Of a stretch of DNA of 64,000 nucleotides, positions 1 to 12,000 are shown in pieces; position 1 is the stretch's first letter, and each line of letters starts with the position of its first letter. The notes under the pieces were generated by a model that saw only the letters and a program-made list of their open reading frames with translations, was not told where the DNA came from and searched no databases. The stretch is from Convolutriloba macropyga (lineage: Eukaryota), in contig NC_134470.1 of the NCBI RefSeq assembly GCF_964194025.1, positions 7,502,001-7,566,000 on the forward strand. Reading direction: 5' to 3'. The position numbers and the translations under genes were made by a program.

Positions 1-3000
1 CAAGAGTGACGTTTTCGGATACAACCCCATCTACGCCCGGAACCAACCCTACCTCAAACACTGAAACACCAACTGGTAGCGTGATTGAGGAGACATATGA
101 TATATTGTTCACCGAAACTCTTAGCATTCATGTCAAGATTCCTCAATTCAACAGAGGAACGCTATAGTGTTAATGAATTAGACTTATTGGGAATAGTTTG
201 TTCAGTTGACTATTTTAAATACTATTTGTACGGAAAAAAATTTTCCAGTAGCAAGAGACCACAGAGCTCTACTGGCCGTACTCAAGGAGCACAGATCAAA
301 CAAATCGTATAACAAACGACTATCACGATGGATAGACAGACTACTTCCGTACAACTTCACAATAGAACATATGCCAGGTGCAAAAATGGGTCTCGTTGAC
401 TATGTTTCAAGGATCCCATATGCGAGAGCTAAAAAGATATCTACATATGACGAACACTTCGTTGTATCAACAATATCAAAAATCCGTGATTCTATGAAAC
501 ACCTGATTACAAATTATCAAAATGCAACTAAAAAATTTAATAACATATCAAAGTCAAATTTGCCTTCACACAAGTTAAAACGGCCTTTCGCGCCGCAACT
601 ACCTACATTACTGAATACTAATTCACATATACGCAATAAAGCATTTGCATCACAATCACTCCCTTCACCACCGAAAACACCATTTGCGACGCAATTACCA
701 CTTACTAATTCTAAAAATAATCCGCATTTTAAACATCCATTTGCATCGCAAATGCCACTTAAAGTTACAAAATTACAATTTGTACCAAATAACTGTAAAG
801 TTAATAATTCACATTCCATTAACAAATTTGCTGCAAAAGAGGTGCAAATGTCAGACACTAAAGAATGTGAACACTCTGAACAATTATCCCCAATAAAGCC
901 CATTAATGGTATTAAGTCGAATAATCCACCTAATAACGCTAAATTTAGCCCGAAAGCAAAAATTCCAAAGTATAAATACCACTTGCACAAGAATCACTCG
1001 CTTTTTTGCCCAAAATCAACCTACAAATAATTCGACAGTCAATAAATTCTTCATCTTGAATAATTCAGTCAACTACATTAGTAAAATGTCGAAGGCCAAA
1101 GCTACCCGATCCAAATCAACACCAACAAAAGCAAGAGTGACGTTTTCGGATACAACCCCATCTACGCCCGGAACCAACCCTACCTCAAACACTGAAACAC
1201 CAACTGGTAGCGTGATTGAGGAGACATATGATATATTGTTCACCGAAACTCTTAGCATTCATGTCAAGATTCCTCAATTCAACAGAGGAACGCTATAGTG
1301 TTAATGAATTAGACTTATTGGGAATAGTTTGTTCAGTTGACTATTTTAAATACTATTTGTACGGAAAAAAATTTTCCAGTAGCAAGAGACCACAGAGCTC
1401 TACTGGCCATACTCAAGGAGCACAGATCAAACAAATCGTATAACAAACGACTATCACGATGGATAGACAGACTACTTCCGTACAACTTCACAATAGAACA
1501 TATGCCAGGTGCAAAAATGGGTCTCGTTGACTATGTTTCAAGGATCCCATATGCGAGAGCTAAAAAGATATCTACATATGACGAACACTTCGTTGTATCA
1601 ACAATATCAAAAATCCGTGATTCTATGAAACACCTGATTACAAATTAACAAAATGCAACTAAAAAATTTAATAACATATCAAAGTCAAATTTGCCTTCAC
1701 ACAAGTTAAAACGGCCTTTCGCGCCGCAACTACCTACATTACTGAATACTAATTCACATATACGCAATAAAGCATTTGCATCACAATCACTCCCTTCACC
1801 ACCGAAAACACCATTTGCGACGCAATTACCACTTACTAATTCTAAAATTAATCCGCATTTTAAACATCCATTTGCATCGCAAATGCCACTTAAAGTTACA
1901 AAATTACAATTTGTACCAAATAACTGTAAAGTTAATAATTCACATTCCATTAACAAATTTGCTGCAAAAGAGGTGCAAATGTCAGACACTAAAGAATGTG
2001 AACACTCTGAACAATTATCCCCAATAAAGCCCATTAATGGTATTAAGTCGAATAATCCACCTAATAACGCTAAATTTAGCCCGAAAGCAAAAATTCCAAA
2101 GTATAAATACCACCTGCACAAGAATCACTCGCTTTTTTGCCCAAAATCAACCTACAAATAATTCGACAGTCAATAAATTCTTCATCTTGAATAATTCAGT
2201 CAACTACATTAGTAAAATGTCGAAGGCCAAAGCTACCCGATCCAAATCAACACCAACAAAAGCAAGAGTGACGTTTTCGGATACAACCCCATCTACGCCC
2301 GGAACCAACCCTACCTCAAACACTGAAACACCAACTGGTAGCGTGATTGAGGAGACATATGATATATTGTTCACCGAAACTCTTAGCATTCATGTCAAGA
2401 TTCCTCAATTCAACAGAGGAACGCTATAGTGTTAATGAATTAGACTTATTGGGAATAGTTTGTTCAGTTGACTATTTTAAATACTATTTGTACGGAAAAA
2501 AATTTTCCAGTAGCAAGAGACCACAGAGCTCTACTGGCCATACTCAAGGAGCACAGATCAAACAAATCGTATAACAAACGACTATCACGATGGATAGACA
2601 GACTACTTCCGTACAACTTCACAATAGAACATATGCCAGGTGCAAAAATGGGTCTCGTTGACTATGTTTCAAGGATCCCATATGCGAGAGCTAAAAAGAT
2701 ATCTACATATGACGAACACTTCGTTGTATCAACAATATCAAAAATCCGTGATTCTATGAAACACCTGATTACAAATTAACAAAATGCAACTAAAAAATTT
2801 AATAACATATCAAAGTCAAATTTGCCTTCACACAAGTTAAAACGGCCTTTCGCGCCGCAACTACCTACATTACTGAATACTAATTCACATATACGCAATA
2901 AAGCATTTGCATCACAATCACTCCCTTCACCACCGAAAACACCATTTGCGACGCAATTACCACTTACTAATTCTAAAATTAATCCGCATTTTAAACATCC

Positions 3001-4644
3001 ATTTGCATCGCAAATGCCACTTAAAGTTACAAAATTACAATTTGTACCAAATAACTGTAAAGTTAATAATTCACATTCCATTAACAAATTTGCTGCAAAA
3101 GAGGTGCAAATGTCAGACACTAAAGAATGTGAACACTCTGAACAATTATCCCCAATAAAGCCCATTAATGGTATTAAGTCGAATAATCCACCTAATAACG
3201 CTAAATTTAGCCCGAAAGCAAAAATTCCAAAGTATAAATACCACTTGCACAAGAATCACTCGCTTTTTTGCCCAAAATCAACCTACAAATAATTCGACAG
3301 TCAATAAATTCTTCATCTTGAATAATTCAGTCAACTACATTAGTAAAATGTCGAAGGCCAAAGCTACCCGATCCAAATCAACACCAACAAAAGCAAGAGT
3401 GACGTTTTCGGATACAACCCCATCTACGCCCGGAACCAACCCTACCTCAAACACTGAAACACCAACTGGTAGCGTGATTGAGGAGACATATGATATATTG
3501 TTCACCGAAACTCTTAGCATTCATGTCAAGATTCCTCAATTCAACAGAGGAACGCTATAGTGTTAATGAATTAGAGTTATTAGGAATAGTTTGTTCAGTT
3601 GACTATTTTAAATACTATTTGTACGGAAAAAATTTTCCAGTAGTAACAGACCACAGAGCTCTACTGTCCATACTCAAGGAGCACAGATCAAACAAATCGT
3701 ATAACAACCGACTATCACGATGGATAGACAGACTACTTCCGTACAACTTCACAATAGAATATATGCCAGGTGCAAAAATGGGTCTCGTTGACTAAATTTC
3801 AAGGATCCCATATGCGAGAGCTAAAAAGATATCTACATATGACGAACACTTCGTTGTATCAACAATATCAAAAATCCGTGATTCTATGAAACACCTGATT
3901 ACAAATTAACAAAATGCAACAAAAAAATTTAATAACATATCAAAGTCAAATTTGCCTTCACACATGTTAAAACGGCCTTTCGCGCCGCAACTACCTACAT
4001 AACTGAATACTAATTCACATATACGCAATAAAGCATTTGCATCACAATCACTCCCTTCACCACCGAAAACACCATTTGCGACGCAATTACCACTTACTAA
4101 TTCTAAAATTAATCCGCATTTTAAACATCCATTTGCATCGCAAATGCCACTTAAAGTTACAAAATTACAATTTGCACCAAATAACTGTAAAGTTAATAAT
4201 TCACATTCCATTAACAAATTTGCTGCAAAAGAGGTGCAAATGTCAGACAGTAAAGAATGTGAACACTCTGAACAATTATCCCCAATAAAGCCCATTAATG
4301 GTATTAAGTCAAATAATCCACCTAATAACGCTAAATTTAGCCCGAAAGCAAAAATTCCAAAGTATAAATACCACTTGCACAAGAATCACTCGCTTTTTTG
4401 CCCAAAATCAACCTACAAATAATTCGACAGTCAATGAATTCTTCACCTTGAATAATTCAGTCAACTACATTAGTAGAAAGTCGAAGGCCAAAGCTACCCG
4501 ATCCAAATCAACACCAACAAAAGCAAGAGTGACGTTTTCGGATACAACCCCATCTACGCCCGGAACCAACACTACCTCAAACACTGAAACACCAACTGGC
4601 AGCATGATTGAGGAGAATTATGATATATTGTTCACCGAAACTCT
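1..4644 (+). repeat. Tandem array of a 1131-bp pol-derived unit (122-1252, 1253-2383, 2384-3514, 3515-4644, plus partial 1-121)
   Basis: CAAGAGTGACGTTTTCGG recurs at 1, 1132, 2263, 3394 and 4524; the junction ACCGAAACTCT|TAGCATTC joins the integrase N-terminus back to RNase H; the last copy runs on into integrase (GAAACTCTGAACAAAG). Confidence 0.97.
3515..4422 (+). pseudogene. Pol RNase H domain plus Pro/Ser/Asn-rich linker (last copy, in-frame stops)
   Basis: ORF 3478-3795 ELELLGIVCSVDYFKYYLYGKNFPVVTDHRAL...PYNFTIEYMPG; premature TAA codons; copies 1-3 carry an extra A (A7 vs A6) frameshift. Confidence 0.85.
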
Positions 4645-6590
4645 GAACAAAGTCTTGAGCAAGAAGTTTCTGGCCATCTTGACAGGCAAAGATGCAATCC
4701 TCAAGGAGGTGAGGGATTGTGTCATTCGGAATGACCCAGACAGACTGCAAGAGATAAGTCCTTATCTCTTTTCATATTGGCGGGATTTGAGTGTCAAACA
4801 TGGCTGTGTGTGTTTGGATGAGCGGATAGCCATCCCAAAGTCAATTAAAAACGCGGTATTGGAGGATATCCTTTCTACACATCCCGGGAGTTTTGCCATG
4901 TTATCTCTCGCACAGAACATTTGGTGGCCCTACATACACAGAGATATACTGGCAAAAGCCAGTGAGTGTAAAGCCTGCACGGAGATTGGTAAAAACCTTA
5001 AATCGGTGAATCCGCATCGCAAATGGGCACCTCTACCAAAATGTATTGAACCAAATGACGAAATACAAATAGATTTTGGCGGACCAATTTTAAACGAAAA
5101 GGGCATAGAACAATATTTTATTACAAGTATAGATAGATATTCAAAATACCCCACAGCAGAAATAGTAAATAACGCTTCAGGCCCAAATGTAATCAAATTT
5201 TTAAATAAATATATATATCACCACGGAGTACCGAGAGCCATTAAATTAGATCAAGCTAGATGTTTTACAGGAAAAAAGTTTGAAACATTCTGTAAAGAAA
5301 ATAATATTACACCTATTTATGCACCAGCAAATGATCACAGAGAAATTGGGTTAGTAGAACGTTTTATTTAAACAATTAAACGACAATTATCTTGCATGAA
5401 ATCACAATCAAATAAAAAATTTGACTTAGAAAATTCACTTAAAGCAATAATACAACGACTAAGAATATCCAAACAAAAAACAATAAACACCACACCATTT
5501 GAGGCACACTTTGGTAGGAAATGTAACACGCCTATATCAAATATCACCACTAAATCAAATAGTAAAAATCTTAACTATAATGCAATAATAAAATAAAATT
5601 ATGACGAAGTTACGATTCCGGGTTGATCATATCTGTCAGAGGAGCAATGGGCAGACACGGCCCTCTGTTCGGATACGGAAATTGAATGCGTCATTTGTGC
5701 CGCGAGTTCTAGAGCCAGAGCTGAGCAAGAGAAGAGTAACGACGGCGAACAACGCCTAATTAAATCGAAGGGAATTTTCCGATCAATTCCCTGCTCAGAA
5801 CGCAGTATTCAAGTGAAACTGGCTAGAAAGCTCCATGAGAACCAAAGGCAAAAGAAAAACCTTGATGGTTTATACGAAGTGCTGGCACCTGGGAGCACAG
5901 TTTGCAAAGTGAGTCCTACAACAAGTGTAATTAAGGAGCCGAACAGACAGGTGTGAGTCAGAAATTCTGACATTACAAAAATCGGTACGCGTGCGGAAAG
6001 GGACACTGATCTAAAACAATATATCGAAAGACGACCGAAAAAGATGAACGAGAAGACTATTGAACAGAAGATTTATAAACATAAGCGGGACCTGATTAGA
6101 AAAAATACGGGAGATAAGAAAATTAAGCGAAACCGAAAGCAGGCTGACGATGTTAGTGTAGTCTCTTCAGGCAGATCGTGTATTTCCTCCGAGAGTAATG
6201 TAGCCAGATCTCTCAAAATGAGAATCCCGAAGAGAAATCCAAAACCTGATGAAGCTTTTAAAAATTGGCCAGATTTAACACAAATTCTTCAATTAAGTCC
6301 AATTGTTCCAATCGCGCCACAATCGACCAACTATGATGCACCTGGCCCATCTGCGACGCAACTGACTTCATCAAAATCACCAACGCCTATTCTGAGAATG
6401 TCAAGCAAAAGACAGCTCACGATTAGCGATACCTCTGATTCGGACACCTCTTCGGTACGAAAAAGTAGGCGAAGATATTGGAGTAACTTCTACAAGAAGT
6501 TCAACGGAATGGACTGAGGATCCTCAAAATTTGCCAAGGGAGATGACTGTACTCCAAGCAGAAAATGAGGAAAATTCTGATACAGAATAA
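4298..6590 (+). pseudogene. Retrotransposon integrase (HHCC zinc finger, rve DDE core, long basic/Ser-rich C-terminal tail), disrupted
   Basis: ORF 4298-5371: (L)STHPG...CKAC, IQIDFGGP, IDRYSK, LDQARCF, GLVERF; continues frameshifted (TPFEAHFGRKCNT) and through stops to about 6590. Confidence 0.9.
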
Positions 6591-6705
6591 ACATAGTCAA
6601 AATTCATAAACTCTTATATTTTATTTATTATTTATTATTTTATTGATTAGTAACCGGTGAATATTTATTAATTTTCTGATTTTAATTAGTAATTTTTTTT
6701 CTCTC

Positions 6706-6718
6706 AAAGAGGGGGAAA
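6706..6718 (+). promoter_or_regulatory. Polypurine tract
   Basis: AAAGAGGGGGAAA immediately 5' of the LTR TG. Confidence 0.85.
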
Positions 6719-7210
6719 TGTCATACGGCAATGGATACCCTTCACATATTCATGTCCGTATTTAATTCAATTGCATCATTTAGTTACATTTGAAGGGCAA
6801 GTGCTGTTCTTACTTCAGTTAACTTTACTTCCTCCCATTTTTAGTAAAGTAATGTCTGTTCCATACTGTCTATGCAGGAAATTCATTTGTTCATACTATA
6901 AGCAAATCTAAAAGTTACTTCCTTGTTCGTGATCGAGTTGAACAAACCTTATTTCTTAAATTGTAATCATTCTAATTTCAGTCTCCCATTTGCAGCGCTA
7001 GAATTCAATTTAATTTAAATCTTGCTAAACGCTTTTCAATTAAGCTCAGTAATTTCGACAAGTGCCAATCGCACCGCGATTGACCATTCTAGATATTTGT
7101 AAATCAGATATAAGAAATTGGCTTGCCACTTGCGGCGCAATTGCCCACTTCGACTTGTAATAAAACATTCGCAACTCAATTGGATCTACCCATCGCAAAC
7201 GAGTATAACA
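6719..7210 (+). repeat. 3' LTR (492 bp)
   Basis: Starts TGTCATAC after the PPT and ends GTATAACA (7/8 terminal inverted repeat); AATAAA at 7159-7164. Confidence 0.8.
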
Positions 7211-7449
7211 TGTGTGATGTAAAATCACATGGTTCTTTGTGTGAATGAGCGTTTGAAATCAAAACTAATGTCATGACTTTTATTAACGGTTGGTCCAGTT
7301 TTAGTGCAGAAACCCAGTTTACATTACCCTAGATTAGATTTGACCGGTTTTCGAATATTTGTCTATTATTTTAGATATAGGTGTTGAAATTTCCGCCGCA
7401 AAATATAAAATTTAATTGGGCTGAGTTATAGGCACAAAAGCAGTTGAGG

Positions 7450-8060
7450 TCAAGACCAAAATAGTCTCTGATCAGACCTTCCAGACAAAAGTGACCTCAG
7501 GTCAAATCTCTGATTATATTTTGTTTGTCTTTGTCTTGTCGACAGCTCTCTAAGCCCGTTAAACCGTGCTTTTTTCCTACCGGTTTTAGTTTGTAGCTTT
7601 GCTCCTGCTATTCCCCAGCCCAGATAAGAAAAGAAGAGGGGAACACCACCAAACCCTGCTGCAAACCAATCTCTAAAAAATGTTTGTTTGTTCAACTTGA
7701 GATTTTTCCGAGAATATTTTACCAATTTTTATTTTATAGCGCTAACGTCCTCCGATCAGACTATCGTGCGTTAGCAACGCTTATGATCACACTAAAGTAA
7801 GCTCGAAAATCTCCGCTAATCAAAATAAAGTGCGCTTGAAATTTTCCCCTGATTAGATTAGTTCGAATCGTCCTCTGATCAGACTAGTGCGTGCTCGAGA
7901 CTACTCCTGATCAGACAAGTTCCAGACCATTGTTCGGACTAAAATGCGCTTGTATATTTTTCCAGGCCAAGTAATTCGAGGTGACAGTTCACGTCTGCGC
8001 TCGATCAGAGGCCACTTCGTTCTGGCCACCTCGACCTGGCTCAGAACACCAAAGGAGGAT
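7450..8060. repeat. Interspersed repeat built on (C)TCTGATCAGA motifs
   Basis: Multiple TGATCAGA palindromes and TCCAGACCRTTGT, shared with 20570-20830 and 23010-23270; boundaries approximate. Confidence 0.5.
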
Positions 8061-8409
8061 TACCAGAAAAATCCAGATGATTTGTTTTTCCTCTCATAGG
8101 AGTTATACAGTTTAAGGAAAAAATTGTTTCAAATATTTTGACCTATCTATTTGGGTTATAGGGAATTGAAAAAAAAAGAGAAAAATGTGTTTCTAAGGAT
8201 GCAACTGATGGTTTTAAGATAAATCTTATTCAAAGGATGATAAGAAATGGGACATTACCAGTGATGTTTATTAGAGTTCACAAAAGGAATTCATTTTCTT
8301 TGACTGATCACATAACTAAAAAAACTCTAAATTAAAAGCTAAAATTAATTGAAGCAAATTATTGGGCCGAAACGAATACATTTTCTTAATATAGTTCTAC
8401 TTGTTTAAC

Positions 8410-8625
8410 TTTGTCTGCCCTGAGTTTTGCTTGAGTCTGTTCGATATGGCCCATGATCTGGCTCCGTTTGGTCTGATCCAGGGTTTGGCCTAGGGTTTGA
8501 CTTAGTGTGTTCCATCTGACCCATTTGGTGTGGTCTGTTTGGACTGGCCCAATTTCTGGATTGGGTCTGTTTGGTTGGCGACCCAAGTCCGTCTGGTCCA
8601 AACCTGTTTTGGGTCGACAATATAC
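8410..8625. repeat. Degenerate short-unit repeat (TTTGGTCTG / GGTCTGTTT)
   Basis: Recurrent ggtctg/tttgg/ccca motifs; produces spurious ORFs. Confidence 0.5.
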
Positions 8626-9033
8626 TGAGGTACCCCGTAACATTGTACAGTTTAGAGTCAACTTCCCAAATTCAATCTCAAACTCACAAACTCTTGAAAC
8701 TGCTGTTGTAATAAACTTGATTGTTAATGGTTGTACATGAATTTCTCGCGTGGGTCAACAATATACTGAGTTCGCGATGTCTGCTCGTTTGGCAAAAAAG
8801 ACGCGGGTCGAATGTCCTTCTTTCAGGGGTAAAAAGGTAAATAGTTACGATGGTAAACATTGGTATGCTAGCTTCTAACACAGCTTTAATTATATTTATA
8901 CAATCATATTTAATTTTTTTTTACTTTTTGCAGATTTTGAATGTTTTCGGTTTGGTTGAATTGATTAAATGATAATATTAAATGGCAAGTACAAATTTGA
9001 GGAACAAAATTTTAGGTTTTTAGATTTAAGTCT

Positions 9034-12000
9034 CTATTCGTCCAACTTATAAATTCGGCGCATAAGATTGGCCATTAGTTCTTCCACTAAGATCGGTTCA
9101 TAATTCGATTCAGGTCCTTTTACTCCCTCAATGAGAGTTCCAATATCGGGTACAGAGAAAAACGCTATCGACTGTCGCTTTTTACAAACGATAGGATCAC
9201 AATCGTCCGTGCTCTCTTCTGATTGGCCAATTTCAGCAGTTGTCTTTCCGTCGTTGAATACAACTCTGTGATTGGCTGCAATCAGTTCGTCGTCTGTCCA
9301 TCGTTGCATAATGTCTCCGAGGTTGACTAGAACGTGGCTAGGGTCCTCTGCTTTAGATAAGTTGAGGTATTTTCCGCCTCTGGTCAGAACTTGAAGCCCA
9401 GTGATGTCCTCGGAAATTAACAGCGTTAAGGACCTGCAAAAATAGATTTTTTATTTCGTTTGAAGAGACTTACCATCCCGTGTCGAAAATTTCCGCCCAA
9501 AATGATGTAAGAGTGGGGCTGCAATGGCAGGTTTTTTTAGAAAAATGCAGCTCAAAACTTACATCTTTTTGGGCTGCTTCCAACGGGGGTAAATTGGTGT
9601 AAAAGTGAGGAGGTAAAAGACAAATTGACCCCCCCCCCATTCTTACATCTTTTTGGCCAGTCAAGGCGGGTAAATTGATGTTAGAGTTCCGGGATTTTCT
9701 CCATTACACCCTAACTCTTATATAATTTTCCCACCCTTGAGAGACCAAAAAGATATAAGAGTGGGGGTTAATTTGTCTTTTACCCCCTCACTCTTACACC
9801 ATTTTACCCCTCTGGACAGATTACCCCCTCACTCTTACATCAATTTACCCCCCTTGGCAGCTCAGCGCTTACATCGTTTTACATCCATAGTCGCAGTTTG
9901 ACAGCCTTGGACCTACAACCTCTGTCACCTGAGCCAGTTCGCCTTAGCCCTTAGACCACCGATGCTTGGTCAATACTAGCCATTCCGTATATTTGAATTA
10001 AAAATTTACCGCCTCACCCTTTACATCATTTTATGCCTCTAAAACTACCTCTAATCTTATATTTTTTTAAGAAATTTTTTGCGGTAAAGTCTAAAAATTC
10101 TGCTTTACTCCTCATTACCGCTTTTTCTTACCTCCCCAATAACTTCCCCTATTTTGAAAATTCTCCCATTACACCCTTAGCTTACATCGCTTTACCCACC
10201 TAAATTTACCCCCCCTAATCCTAAATCTTTTTGGGGGTAACCTTCGGGGGGTAAAATCTAAAAATTCACCCCGTCAACCCTCTTTACGCCCCTAATCTTA
10301 CATCTTTTACCCCCTGAAATTACCACACTAATCTTTCATATTTTGGGGAGGGGGGGGGGGGGTAATTTTTGGGAGGGGTTAATTCCTCAAAAGTCCTCCC
10401 ATTGCAGCCCACTCTTGCATGGCAGTTTTAGTCAGGGCGTAATTCCTCCAAATTCCTCCTATTGCAGCCCATTGCAGCCCACTCCTGCTTGGTAATTTTA
10501 GTTAGGGGTGATTTTTCAAAAGTCCTCCCCTTGAGGCCCAACTCTTACATCATTTTACCCCCCCCCCCAGACCAAATTACCCCCTCACTTTTACAATTAC
10601 CCTCATAGACAAATTACCCCACCCCCCCCCCCCCCCCCCAACTCTTACAAAATGCGAGGACTTTAAGGAGGACATTCGACCCGGGATCCAACAAGACACG
10701 TGGAATCTTTTGTATCTATTTTGCCCTATATACAATTGTATCTCTTTCGCGTTTTAATGCAGATTTTCCAACAGAAACTCCGTGTTGTATCGACTGAGGA
10801 TATACTTTAAGTTATGAAGTGCGAATGCTCAATACCAAACCAAGAGTGGATTTTGCGATGCAAATTTGATAATGATTGTCTCACAATTAGACTTTAATTT
10901 TCTAGATCGGAATTTGCGAGACAAAACAAACTTGTCTTGGACATATGTTGAACCATGAATTAATGGCACAGATTTAATTTACAACTAGTTTCTAACTGCA
11001 CAAATGAGAGGAAAGAACAGGAAACTAGAGACAAGCTGAATAAATACTTGATCATAGTTTGATCATAATGACTTCAACTCAAAACGGAAATGTTTACGTA
11101 ATGAAAAAATTAACTACCGCAAAAAAGGTTGTCTATTTAGATGAACTGGTTAATCGCCTGTCTAGAACAGATTGCCAATTTTTCTGATAATGTCGACTTT
11201 TGGGGTTATGCCGGAATGTGCTACAGGACATATGTAATTCATAAGAATTATCAGCTGTTTAGCAACTGAAATAAAGGAACCAGATTTCTAGATCAATTTA
11301 TCTCAAACTTTGTTTTTCACAAGGAGGCTCGGTAATGTGCGTTCGCACATTAAGTTCCGACCCCGCTCATCTACATTTTTCACTTAATTGTCTACCAAAT
11401 GAGGAAGAGATTAAAAAAATTAACATATCAACATATCGTTCAACAAACCCTTAAAAGAATAAAACAATCTACTCTAGAGGGCCCATGAGACCTGTGGCCA
11501 CCATAATATGACTACCAGAAAGGACGGCAATAAAAATCAAACAGTTACAAATATTAATTACGACCAAAACTCCTTGTCCTTTTTTTGAAAACCACTAATA
11601 ACCAAATCAAAATGGCATCAGATAAAATTCATACTGAGAAGATTATCCGGCATTTTTTGGATTAAAATATGGGACTTTTCCTCAATGCGACTTGGCAACA
11701 AGTCGACAAGGAATGAGCAAAGGGGCAAAGTTTATAAAAACTTTCAACATTTTTTTTGAAAAAAGAATTAAATTCGAACTGATTAGAAACATTACGCATC
11801 AAATGAAATCATTGAGAGTCTTTTATACCTCAATAGAGAGCGATTGAGGCCTTTCATTATCCAGGATATGTCAAACGACTACAAAAAAACGACAAGAACA
11901 GTCAAAAACTAAAAATTTGAAAAATTTGCACGAAAAATTATGCACGAAAACGATTTACCGCAATGAATTAAATATTTAGCTGATCACTAAAAACAATAAA

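Larger units (their letters stand above)
1..7210 (+). mobile_element. Ty3/gypsy LTR retrotransposon, 3' portion (RNase H, linker, integrase, PPT, 3' LTR), defective; continues left of window
   Basis: RNase H motifs AFMSRFLNSTEERYSVNELELLGIV and TDHRAL...RLSRW; integrase motifs downstream in gypsy order (RH then IN); PPT at 6706-6718 followed by a TG...CA LTR; several frameshifts and stops. Confidence 0.93.

Noticed and set aside
517-4382. Repeated 157-158 aa minus-strand hydrophobic/Cys-rich ORFs
   Set aside because: Antisense shadows of the pol linker, repeated only because of the tandem array
6719-7986. Longer LTR ending at TGACA 7986
   Set aside because: A better terminal inverted repeat and AATAAA place the end at 7210; 7450-8060 belongs to a different repeat family
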